Made by a program: the position numbers and the translations under genes. The notes beneath the pieces are model-generated. The model did not search any database and was not told where the DNA came from. It was given only the letters and a program-made list of their open reading frames with translations. Shown here in pieces: positions 18,768 through 26,476 of a stretch of 64,000 nt of DNA; within the stretch, counting starts at the first letter, position 1, and the number at the start of each line of letters is the position of its first letter. The stretch lies in the IMG/VR virus record IMGVR_UViG_3300025133_000048, positions 1 through 64,000 of that record; one strand, written 5' to 3'. Source of the DNA: a virus.

Positions 18768-19638
18768 GATTCCAAAAATCATCATGCCAATATGTGATGA
18801 GACTCTTTATACTCTAAAGATGTCTTCATATTTGTTTGATAAATATTGGCCAAGCCAAACAAAAATAGATGTTATAGGATTCAAGAAACCGGATTTTGAG
18901 ATTAGTTCTAAAATGAATTTCGTATCAATAGATATTCAACAGAAAGGTGGAGCCAAGAGTTGGTCTAAGTATATTTTACAATATTTACAACAAGTACAGG
19001 AGGAACAGATCATTTTTACCTTGGAGGATTTTTTTCCAACAAAAGAGCCCAATTTGAATTTATTAAATAGTGTAAACCAGCTTCTTAAAAAAGATAAAAA
19101 AATTGGAAGATTTGATTTGACTTATGACTCTTATACTTACGGGCAATACAATGTTTTAAAAAACATAAAAAATTTAACATTAATATGTAAAGAAAGATAT
19201 ACAGATTATAGAGTTTCTACACAACCATCTTTGTGGAATAAGGATTTTTTAATTGAAATTTTAAAGAACACGACATCTCCATGGGATTTTGAAATCAATG
19301 GTACAAAATATAGCAATGTTTTGAATTATCAAGTGTTAGCCTTTGCAGATGAAACATATAATAATTTCCCTACATATTGGATTCACAAAGGAGCGGTGTC
19401 TAGACAATGTCCTGAAAAAATTAATATATTAGGAATAGACATAGATACAATAAAAGAAATGGTCACATTAGGATTATTTAAAGAAGATCAATTGGTTTGG
19501 GGAATGTGGAGTGGAGGAAACATGCCTAAATTTCATGAACTAGGTGGTTACGATTTTGATTTAAGCAAAATGCCCCATCATGATTCTTCTAGGACCAACT
19601 GGAAGGAATACGAAAATATTTACGGAGATAAAAAATGA
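18730..19638 (+). CDS. Putative glycosyltransferase-like protein
   Basis: IIFTLEDFF (EDx motif) and STQPSLWNKDFL...SPWDFE pattern, recalled from capsule/LPS cluster proteins. Confidence 0.5.
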   Translation: MRKQTMQYCVKNKIPKIIMPICDETLYTLKMSSYLFDKYWPSQTKIDVIGFKKPDFEISSKMNFVSIDIQQKGGAKSWSKYILQYLQQVQEEQIIFTLEDFFPTKEPNLNLLNSVNQLLKKDKKIGRFDLTYDSYTYGQYNVLKNIKNLTLICKERYTDYRVSTQPSLWNKDFLIEILKNTTSPWDFEINGTKYSNVLNYQVLAFADETYNNFPTYWIHKGAVSRQCPEKINILGIDIDTIKEMVTLGLFKEDQLVWGMWSGGNMPKFHELGGYDFDLSKMPHHDSSRTNWKEYENIYGDKK

Positions 19639-20924
19639 AAAAAACAGTTTATGCTGGGATGTGTGCTGATATATTGCACAATGGACATATCAATATTTTA
19701 AAAGAGGCTAGTAAGCATGGCTACGTGATAGTTGGGCTACTAAGTGATGAAGCAATAAGTGATTATAAAAGAACTCCATTTATGTCATTTCAACAAAGAA
19801 AAGAAATACTTGAGAGCTTAAAATTCGTAGACACTGTTGTAAAACAAAATACACTAGACTATACAGAGAACTTAGTAAAATTAAAACCAGATTATGTTAT
19901 TCATGGTGATGATTGGAGACAAGGTACACAAAAAAATACTAGGGACAACGTTATTGATACATTAAAGGGATGGAACGGACAGTTGATTGAAATCCCTTAT
20001 ACAAAAAACATATCGTCAACAATATTAAATAACGTCCAAAAAAAGAAAGGAACAACGGTAGAAATTAGAAGATCAAAGTTAAGAAAAAATTTAAATTTAA
20101 AAAAAATGACAAGAATCATAGAAGCTCATAATGGCTTAACAGGCTTGATGGTTGAAAAAGCAAGTAAAAATAATAAAGAGTTTGATGGAATGTGGTTAAG
20201 TAGTTTGACCCACTCCACTGTAAAAGGAAAACCAGATATACAATATATCGACATCACCACGATCTCACAAACGATAAATGAGATATTTGATGTCACAACC
20301 AAACCCATGATCGTAGATTTAGACAACGGCGGAAAAATTGAACATTTTAGATTTTCGGTAAAAACACTAGAAAGATTGGGAGTTTCTGCTGTAATAATAG
20401 AGGATAAAGTGGGAATTAAAAGAAATTCTTTATTTGAAGATACAAGCAATCAAAGACAAGACGATGTAGGCTCATTTTGCCATAAGATAAAAGAAGGAAA
20501 AAAATCTACTATAACAAAAGACTTCATGATAATAGCCAGAATAGAGAGTTTAATCTTAAATAAAGGTGTAGAAGACGCATTAATCAGAGCAAAAAAATAT
20601 GTAGAAAGCGGAGCCGATGGCATAATGATACATAGCAAAATGAAAAAATCAGATGAAATAGAACACTTTTGCAAAGAATTTAGAAAAAAAGATCCTAATA
20701 CACCTCTAATAGTCGTACCAACAACCTATAACCACATAGATGAAGAACAATTGCATTTATTGGGGGTAAATTTGGTTATTTATGCCAATCATTTATTGAG
20801 AAGTTCTTACCCTTCTATGTTAAAAGTAATGAACATGATTTTAGAAAACAGCAGATCTTATGAGTGTGACCCTTTTTGTATGCCAATAAAGGAAATAATA
20901 AAATTAATTCCGGAGAGTGATTAA
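19635..20924 (+). CDS. pepM: Phosphoenolpyruvate mutase with an N-terminal cytidylyltransferase domain
   Basis: N-terminal ADILHNGH (HxGH) and HGDDW CTase motifs; EAHNGLTG, MIVDLDNGG and the diagnostic EDK-X5-NS (EDKVGIKRNS); IARIES; ADGIMIHS. Confidence 0.95.
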   Translation: MKKTVYAGMCADILHNGHINILKEASKHGYVIVGLLSDEAISDYKRTPFMSFQQRKEILESLKFVDTVVKQNTLDYTENLVKLKPDYVIHGDDWRQGTQKNTRDNVIDTLKGWNGQLIEIPYTKNISSTILNNVQKKKGTTVEIRRSKLRKNLNLKKMTRIIEAHNGLTGLMVEKASKNNKEFDGMWLSSLTHSTVKGKPDIQYIDITTISQTINEIFDVTTKPMIVDLDNGGKIEHFRFSVKTLERLGVSAVIIEDKVGIKRNSLFEDTSNQRQDDVGSFCHKIKEGKKSTITKDFMIIARIESLILNKGVEDALIRAKKYVESGADGIMIHSKMKKSDEIEHFCKEFRKKDPNTPLIVVPTTYNHIDEEQLHLLGVNLVIYANHLLRSSYPSMLKVMNMILENSRSYECDPFCMPIKEIIKLIPESD

Positions 20925-21953
20925 GTGAATATTAATTGTTTTTTATTTGACGCTTTACAATATGATGAAGATATCAAAAACTCCTTAACTAGTAAGACAC
21001 TAGACTACAGAACTTGTGTTACTAACAGTTTTACAACAACTTCGTTGGTTTCGTTCTTTAGCGGATTGTTACCAAGCAAAATAAATAAATTGGGAATAGG
21101 TTATGGTAGTGTTTATTCAAAATTAAACGAAGAAGAAAAATCTGTATGGGATAGTAAAATAATTTTAAACTCATTAGACGATAGTTGGGAAATAAATTAT
21201 TTATCAGATGATAAGAATATAGATTTTTTAGAAAATGAATGTTTTACAGTAAATAAAAAAGTCAACAAAATAATATATAAAAGTTTTATTGATGAAAAGA
21301 AAAAGATAGAAGATCTACTAAAACATAAAAAGAAAAATAGATTAAATTTTATAAAATTAAATCATCTTCATGATGCTTATGATTGTAATAGTGAGTTTTT
21401 TACAAAAACAAAGGATGCAAAAAAAATGTTTGAGGAAATAATTAATTTTATAGATTTTGAACAAGATGACACTTTGTTTTGGTTCTTTGGAGATCATGGA
21501 AACTGGGCTTATATAGATAAATATATGACACCTCCTCACTCTACAATTTGTTGGTCTGCTATAAAAAACAATATAAAGCAAATTGAAGATAATAGACAAA
21601 TAGCTCATATTACTGATTTTGCCCACTATTTTAACAATTTAGTATACAACAAGAGTACCAACTTTATGAAAGAGTTTTATTATTCGGAAGATGGAAGAGG
21701 AGCAATAGATAATACACAGACAACTACTTTTTCTGTGTTATGTGAAATGGAAGCTAATGTTCTATATCAACTAAGCTATCATGCTGTGACTAAAGAGTAT
21801 AAATTTTTTAGATTTGACTATGAAAAACAGAAAACAATAGACTTTGATAAAAATGTTAAAAAAGAAAATGTTGCAATTTTACGCAAAAAATTATATGAGG
21901 TATATCATGAAAGAATTAAAAATTTTCAACGACAAAATAATAGAAGAGTATGA
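20925..21953 (+). CDS. Alkaline-phosphatase/sulfatase-superfamily protein (candidate phosphonate transferase)
   Basis: FLFDALQYD metal Asp, SFTTTSLVSFFSG nucleophile region (Thr, no CxPxR), HLHD, FGDHG. Confidence 0.65.
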   Translation: MNINCFLFDALQYDEDIKNSLTSKTLDYRTCVTNSFTTTSLVSFFSGLLPSKINKLGIGYGSVYSKLNEEEKSVWDSKIILNSLDDSWEINYLSDDKNIDFLENECFTVNKKVNKIIYKSFIDEKKKIEDLLKHKKKNRLNFIKLNHLHDAYDCNSEFFTKTKDAKKMFEEIINFIDFEQDDTLFWFFGDHGNWAYIDKYMTPPHSTICWSAIKNNIKQIEDNRQIAHITDFAHYFNNLVYNKSTNFMKEFYYSEDGRGAIDNTQTTTFSVLCEMEANVLYQLSYHAVTKEYKFFRFDYEKQKTIDFDKNVKKENVAILRKKLYEVYHERIKNFQRQNNRRV

Positions 21954-22305
21954 TTTCTTCACAGGGGTACCAGACAGTGCCTTAAAAAATTTAATAAAAA
22001 AAATAGATCAATCTGAAAAACAACATGTTGTTGCTGTCAATGAAGGACAAGCAATTGCAATTGCATTTGGAGCCATGCTTGCAGGTAAAAAAGCTTGTGT
22101 CTATATGCAAAATTCTGGTATAGGCAATGCAATTAATCCAATAACTAGTTTATGTATCCCATGTGGTGTCTGTCCTTTTATAATAATAGGACACAGGCAT
22201 ACATTGGAACAACATAAAATAATGGGTCTGATAGATGATGAAATTATGAAACTTATAGGTTATAAAAATTATTATATCTATAAAGGAGAGAACAATGTTA
22301 AGTAG
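21907..22305 (+). CDS. Phosphonopyruvate decarboxylase, N-terminal (Pyr) subunit
   Basis: FFTGVPDS.LK, VNEGQAIAIAFG, YMQNSGIGNAINP, QHKIMG. Confidence 0.9.
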   Translation: MKELKIFNDKIIEEYDFFTGVPDSALKNLIKKIDQSEKQHVVAVNEGQAIAIAFGAMLAGKKACVYMQNSGIGNAINPITSLCIPCGVCPFIIIGHRHTLEQHKIMGLIDDEIMKLIGYKNYYIYKGENNVK

Positions 22306-22753
22306 AAAGCAAGCAATAGAAGATATTTTTAAAACACACAAAAAAGAAGCAGTCTATATTGTTCCTACTGGTTTTATTTCTCGAGCGGTGGAAACAATCT
22401 TTCCAAATGACAAGAATATCTTTTATATGCAAGGAAGCATGGGTTTGGCACCTAGCATAGGCTTAGGAGCTTCTTTATGTACTGAGAAGAACATCGTTGT
22501 AATCACAGGCGATGCTAGTCTATTAATGCATCTAGGATCTACACACACAATTAGAGACTATTCTAAAGGTAATTTATTTGTCTATGTTTTAGATAATGGT
22601 TGCCATGAATCAGTTGGAGGTCAATGGTGTTCCAGCCTTCAGGAGTCATATGTTGGTGTAGATGAAATTTACAAAATTTCATGTGACGGAAAAGAACAAA
22701 GAGTGAATATAGGATTTGAACAAAATGCAAGAAACATTATTAATATGCTCTAA
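22295..22753 (+). CDS. Phosphonopyruvate decarboxylase, C-terminal TPP-binding subunit
   Basis: TGFISR, FYMQGSMGLA, GDASLLMHLG...DNGCHESVGGQ (GDG-X-NN TPP motif). Confidence 0.9.
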   Translation: MLSRKQAIEDIFKTHKKEAVYIVPTGFISRAVETIFPNDKNIFYMQGSMGLAPSIGLGASLCTEKNIVVITGDASLLMHLGSTHTIRDYSKGNLFVYVLDNGCHESVGGQWCSSLQESYVGVDEIYKISCDGKEQRVNIGFEQNARNIINML

Positions 22754-23558
22754 ATCAACTAGAGAGTACTTTCCTGATATAAAAAAACATATCATAGTGA
22801 GTGGTAAGTTGCAACATAATCATTTAAAAATGAACAAAACAAAAAATAGAGTAATAGCTGTTGGTGGAGGAGCGGTAATAGATATGGCAAAAATTATATC
22901 TCAAGGAGAATTAGTATGCTACCCAACAACAGCCTCTGGAGCATGTTACACTTCACATTCGGTTATTTGGAAAGATAAGAAAAAGCTAAGTGTTAAAACC
23001 AGGAAAGCTAGTAGTGTGGTGATTGAAGAGTCTTTTTTGAATACTTTGCCTGAAGATGTAATTAATGATACAAAGTGTGATTTATTGAGTCATTGTATCG
23101 ATAGTATCAATTCTGTTGATACAAATAAAGAAAGTGAATCATTGATATTGGAATCATTAGAGATATTAAAATCAAGCAACTCACTATATGACTTAATCTA
23201 TGCTGGAAATTTAGCTGGTATGGCTATTGAGATTACCCCAACAACTATTTTACATTCTTTATCTTATCCTTTAACTGGATATTATGGTTTTTCACATGGT
23301 AGAGCTTTGGGTCTATTATTACCTATTATTTCTGAAATGATAGATTTTGATTTAGATAAGTATGCGACACCTGTAGTGTGTCTAGATAAAGTGGTTGATT
23401 TTGATTTTGTTGTCAATCAAGCCAAATCAACAAGAAAATTTAAGAATTTCAAAAGAGAACTTGATCTAAAAAAATTGGTTTATCTTTTAAAAAAGCGCTA
23501 TGGATTTGACAATTCTGATAATCTATGTTATAATAAAAATTTTAAGGAGAAAAAATGA
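22725..23558 (+). CDS. Iron-containing alcohol dehydrogenase, probable phosphonoacetaldehyde reductase (PhpC/FomC-like)
   Basis: AVGGGAVIDMAK, PTTASG, DLLSHCIDS, HSLSYPLT, SHGRA metal ligands; adjacent to pepM and ppd. Confidence 0.85.
   Translation: MQETLLICSKSTREYFPDIKKHIIVSGKLQHNHLKMNKTKNRVIAVGGGAVIDMAKIISQGELVCYPTTASGACYTSHSVIWKDKKKLSVKTRKASSVVIEESFLNTLPEDVINDTKCDLLSHCIDSINSVDTNKESESLILESLEILKSSNSLYDLIYAGNLAGMAIEITPTTILHSLSYPLTGYYGFSHGRALGLLLPIISEMIDFDLDKYATPVVCLDKVVDFDFVVNQAKSTRKFKNFKRELDLKKLVYLLKKRYGFDNSDNLCYNKNFKEKK
23506..23534 (+). promoter_or_regulatory. sigma70-type promoter
   Basis: TTGACA-17 bp-TATAAT preceded by TGT; AAGGAG RBS before ATG 23555. Confidence 0.8.
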
Positions 23559-23749
23559 AATTATCTGATCAAGCAATGGGAGCCATTATGATGGCGCTTC
23601 AAAAATCCCTCATGGAACAAACGGACATTGTCCCTGTTCTTAAAAACTTCGAACTTCAGCTTATGGATGACGGAGAGCTATTAGTAACAAACCCTCCGGT
23701 TGTTAAAGCTGATAAAAAGCCTGTAATTCTCACAGGTAAAGAGGATTAA
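23555..23749 (+). CDS. Small hypothetical protein
   Basis: Strong RBS; coupled to the next gene. Confidence 0.6.
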   Translation: MKLSDQAMGAIMMALQKSLMEQTDIVPVLKNFELQLMDDGELLVTNPPVVKADKKPVILTGKED

Positions 23750-23997
23750 TGCCTCGTTATTTTTACGAATGCTCAAAGTGCAACAGTCAATTTAAGACTG
23801 TTCACGGCATGAGCGAAACACAAGACCACTGCGAACTGTGCTTCTCATCCAGTTGTCTTACACGAATACCTCAGATTACCAGAACCCTCAAGCCGATTTC
23901 TGATGAGGAAAAACGAGTTCATGAAGCTATCAAAGAAAACAAACAAATTCTTGATGCTATGGATAAAGAAGCAAGGAACCAAACTTATGACGATTAA
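23749..23997 (+). CDS. FmdB-family zinc-ribbon protein
   Basis: MPRYFYECSKC...F...H.M...CELC.S..L.RI. Confidence 0.8.
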   Translation: MPRYFYECSKCNSQFKTVHGMSETQDHCELCFSSSCLTRIPQITRTLKPISDEEKRVHEAIKENKQILDAMDKEARNQTYDD

Positions 23998-24382
23998 CAT
24001 TGCACTCACACTTGGTCTAATAATGTCCACAATACTTAACCTTTTTGGTCTCTGGTATGTCCGAGCACTACTAGGTAGACTAACTTGGATTAGTGAGAAC
24101 ATTAATGATCTGGTGCAAATAATTGAAGTATACAGAGCAAACCTACAGGGTGTGCACAATTTGGAGCAGTTTTATGGAGATCAGCAGATCAAAGATCTAG
24201 TTCTCCACACCGCTTCTCTTCTTGATGTTTTGGAAGATTATCAAGAAGCGGTTCTAATTACGGAACCAATAGAATTTATAGAAGATGAGTCGGAAACCCC
24301 AACACAGGAAAAATTAAATGCCGAGACCCAAGTCCAAGAAGAACATGTATTTTACGCAGGTTCACGAAGACGCAATAGTTGA
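23987..24382 (+). CDS. Membrane-anchored hypothetical protein
   Basis: N-terminal hydrophobic helix (IALTLGLIMSTILNLFGLWYV) then a coiled/acidic region. Confidence 0.6.
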   Translation: MTINIALTLGLIMSTILNLFGLWYVRALLGRLTWISENINDLVQIIEVYRANLQGVHNLEQFYGDQQIKDLVLHTASLLDVLEDYQEAVLITEPIEFIEDESETPTQEKLNAETQVQEEHVFYAGSRRRNS

Positions 24383-25007
24383 ATATTGCCAACCAAATAC
24401 AACTTTCTTAAGAAGATCTGAATTATATGAGGATCTCATTCAACCCGCTTTCAACGAAATGGTTGATAAGATTGTGTTTACTTATAGATTCACAACATTA
24501 CCAAACATTGATGAATTGCGAAATGATTGCAAAGTATGGCTAACCACTATTTTAGCAAAGTATGATCCAAATAGAGGTTCTAAAGCCTTCTCATACTTCT
24601 CAGTGATAACTAAGAACTGGTTCATTCATCAGGTTAAGAAGACCACTAAGCGTGCCAAACGAGAAGTGGAATACGAAAAGGTTGGAAAAGAAATTAACGA
24701 TGCGATGCAGACCTCTAACAACCCAATTGTAGAGGGATACATAGAGAAAGAATTCTGGCAAAATTTCCACAAAGAGATTGACTCTTGGGATTCTAAGAAA
24801 ATGTCTGAAAACGAATTGGCGGTATACAATGCGATTCGTCAACTATTTGCATCTGTTGACGAACTAGACATGCTGAACAAAAAGGCCATTTATCTTTATC
24901 TCCGAGAGATTACTGGATTAAACACTAAGCAAATTGTATCACAGCTCAATAAAATGAGAAAAAGATATAGAATCTTTCGCAAGAACTGGGATAATGGTAA
25001 AATCTAG
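24318..25007 (+). CDS. Phage RNA polymerase sigma factor (T4 gp55-like late sigma)
   Basis: YFTQVHEDAIVEY and KYDPNRGSKAFSYFSVITKNWF region-2 motif; directly precedes the structural module. Confidence 0.75.
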   Translation: MPRPKSKKNMYFTQVHEDAIVEYCQPNTTFLRRSELYEDLIQPAFNEMVDKIVFTYRFTTLPNIDELRNDCKVWLTTILAKYDPNRGSKAFSYFSVITKNWFIHQVKKTTKRAKREVEYEKVGKEINDAMQTSNNPIVEGYIEKEFWQNFHKEIDSWDSKKMSENELAVYNAIRQLFASVDELDMLNKKAIYLYLREITGLNTKQIVSQLNKMRKRYRIFRKNWDNGKI

Positions 25008-25013
25008 ACGCAC

Positions 25014-25020
25014 CTATTTA
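25014..25020 (+). promoter_or_regulatory. Putative late-promoter motif CTATTTA
   Basis: 4 nt upstream of ATG 25025, at the head of the baseplate cluster; no SD sequence. Confidence 0.55.
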
Positions 25021-25024
25021 CGGT

Positions 25025-25312
25025 ATGAGTAAAAAAATAGATAAATACATCGACGAGGTTGTTGAGAACATTCGCAAAGATCGAGAAGTTACCAATGACC
25101 TTTTAAAAGATGCCATCGGCTATTTAGCCAAAGACGAATCAAGGCACCGTGACATCGGCCTTGTTCTATCAAAGTATGTTGAAACATTACAGCGATCAAA
25201 CGAGCAGCTAGTGAAGATTACTTCTTTAATTGCAAAAGAAGAGACAAAAGTGGAAGGCTTAACAGAGAAGGACATGGAAGAAATTTATTCCGCTATAAAG
25301 GGCGAAGAATAA
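25025..25312 (+). CDS. Hypothetical helical protein
   Basis: 95-aa ORF coupled to the next gene. Confidence 0.6.
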   Translation: MSKKIDKYIDEVVENIRKDREVTNDLLKDAIGYLAKDESRHRDIGLVLSKYVETLQRSNEQLVKITSLIAKEETKVEGLTEKDMEEIYSAIKGEE

Positions 25313-26475
25313 TGGCTTCAATAAGCAATGCTATAACGGCTGCTATGGAGTTTCTAACAAGTCCTGTTTCTTCTTACAAGTTTCGTAAGAGTATACAAGA
25401 TGAATCATTAGAAAGAACCCTGACGGATGTGATAAAACAAAGATCCATCCTTCAGGGTATAATAGTATCTGATGGGGACCAATCAACTGATAATACGATT
25501 TCGCAAGAAGCACAGCTAGATGGCAAACAAACTGGTGTTTACAGAGCAGCAAAAGTAAGGATTTTAGGAATTCATGATATGATTTTGCCTGATCCTGTTG
25601 CATTCTTTAAGCAAAAAAAAACTTATAACCAAATTGAAAGATTAATTGAGTGTCATCCAATCATTTATTCAAAAAACAAAGTTGAAGGTGGAACCTCCCT
25701 AAATAGAGGCTCCATAGTTGAAATAGAATTTGTTGATGGTATACCAAGATTTACTCCAACTGGTGGCTCTAATAGTGATTATTTTAGAATTTCTATTCCG
25801 CCGGAAGCTTCTCTCAATACCAAGCCCTCTGGACCAGCACAAGCAGCATTTGATAACCAGAGCGAAATCGTAACGATGGAAGATATAACTGTCCCTGTTG
25901 GATGGAAACTTAGTACAAAATTAACCAATCAAGGAAAGACAGCCACACCTGCTATGATTTCATTTTTAGATAGCTTCGCAAGGAACCTTCAAACATACAC
26001 AGAGTTCAAAGGATATGAAGTAGTTGTAACTTCTGTGCAACGGACAATCCGCGAACAAGCAATTGTGGTAGTAAATGGTGTGGATAGTAATGCTAATTGG
26101 TGGCCCTACAAAAAACCGTATTGGAAGCCGTTTAGAGAAGCGGCTAAAAGTGATCAAACTCGCGAAAACAGAATTCAGAAGTTAGAAGAACTCATAAGGA
26201 ATGCAATTACTAATGATAATAGATACATGTCCGAACACTTGAGAGCCGGTGCCATGGATTTAAGAACAAAGAACATTCTCGGTGGTGATGTTGCCACAAA
26301 ACTAGCAAAGTTCAAAAAAGCAGCGGAAGACACCAAGCTAGCAAAATCAATCCAAATTGAATATTATGAAGAAACCACTTTCCGAGATCAAAAAGCAAAA
26401 AGAGATGCCGAAGGCACACCGGCTAAAAACGAACATATGCACTTGAATTTATTACAAAGTACAGCCGGAGAATAA
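25312..26475 (+). CDS. Baseplate hub (gp5-like OB fold) fused to an M15-family peptidoglycan peptidase
   Basis: KVRILGIH resembles the gp5 OB motif; VVTSVQRT...SEHLRAGAMDLR...EHMHL match M15 SxH..G.A.D and HxH zinc motifs. Confidence 0.65.
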   Translation: MASISNAITAAMEFLTSPVSSYKFRKSIQDESLERTLTDVIKQRSILQGIIVSDGDQSTDNTISQEAQLDGKQTGVYRAAKVRILGIHDMILPDPVAFFKQKKTYNQIERLIECHPIIYSKNKVEGGTSLNRGSIVEIEFVDGIPRFTPTGGSNSDYFRISIPPEASLNTKPSGPAQAAFDNQSEIVTMEDITVPVGWKLSTKLTNQGKTATPAMISFLDSFARNLQTYTEFKGYEVVVTSVQRTIREQAIVVVNGVDSNANWWPYKKPYWKPFREAAKSDQTRENRIQKLEELIRNAITNDNRYMSEHLRAGAMDLRTKNILGGDVATKLAKFKKAAEDTKLAKSIQIEYYEETTFRDQKAKRDAEGTPAKNEHMHLNLLQSTAGE

Positions 26476-26476
26476 A

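Noticed and set aside
13079-23558. Bacterial chromosomal capsule/LPS locus (host contamination)
   Set aside because: Genes overlap continuously with phage-type neighbours, share the same promoter style, and lack export or polymerase genes. A chimera still needs excluding by read mapping.
19635-23558. Fosfomycin or methylphosphonate (methane precursor) biosynthesis
   Set aside because: No radical-SAM methyltransferase, epoxidase or MpnS-like dioxygenase in the window; the glycosyltransferase context favours a phosphonoglycan.
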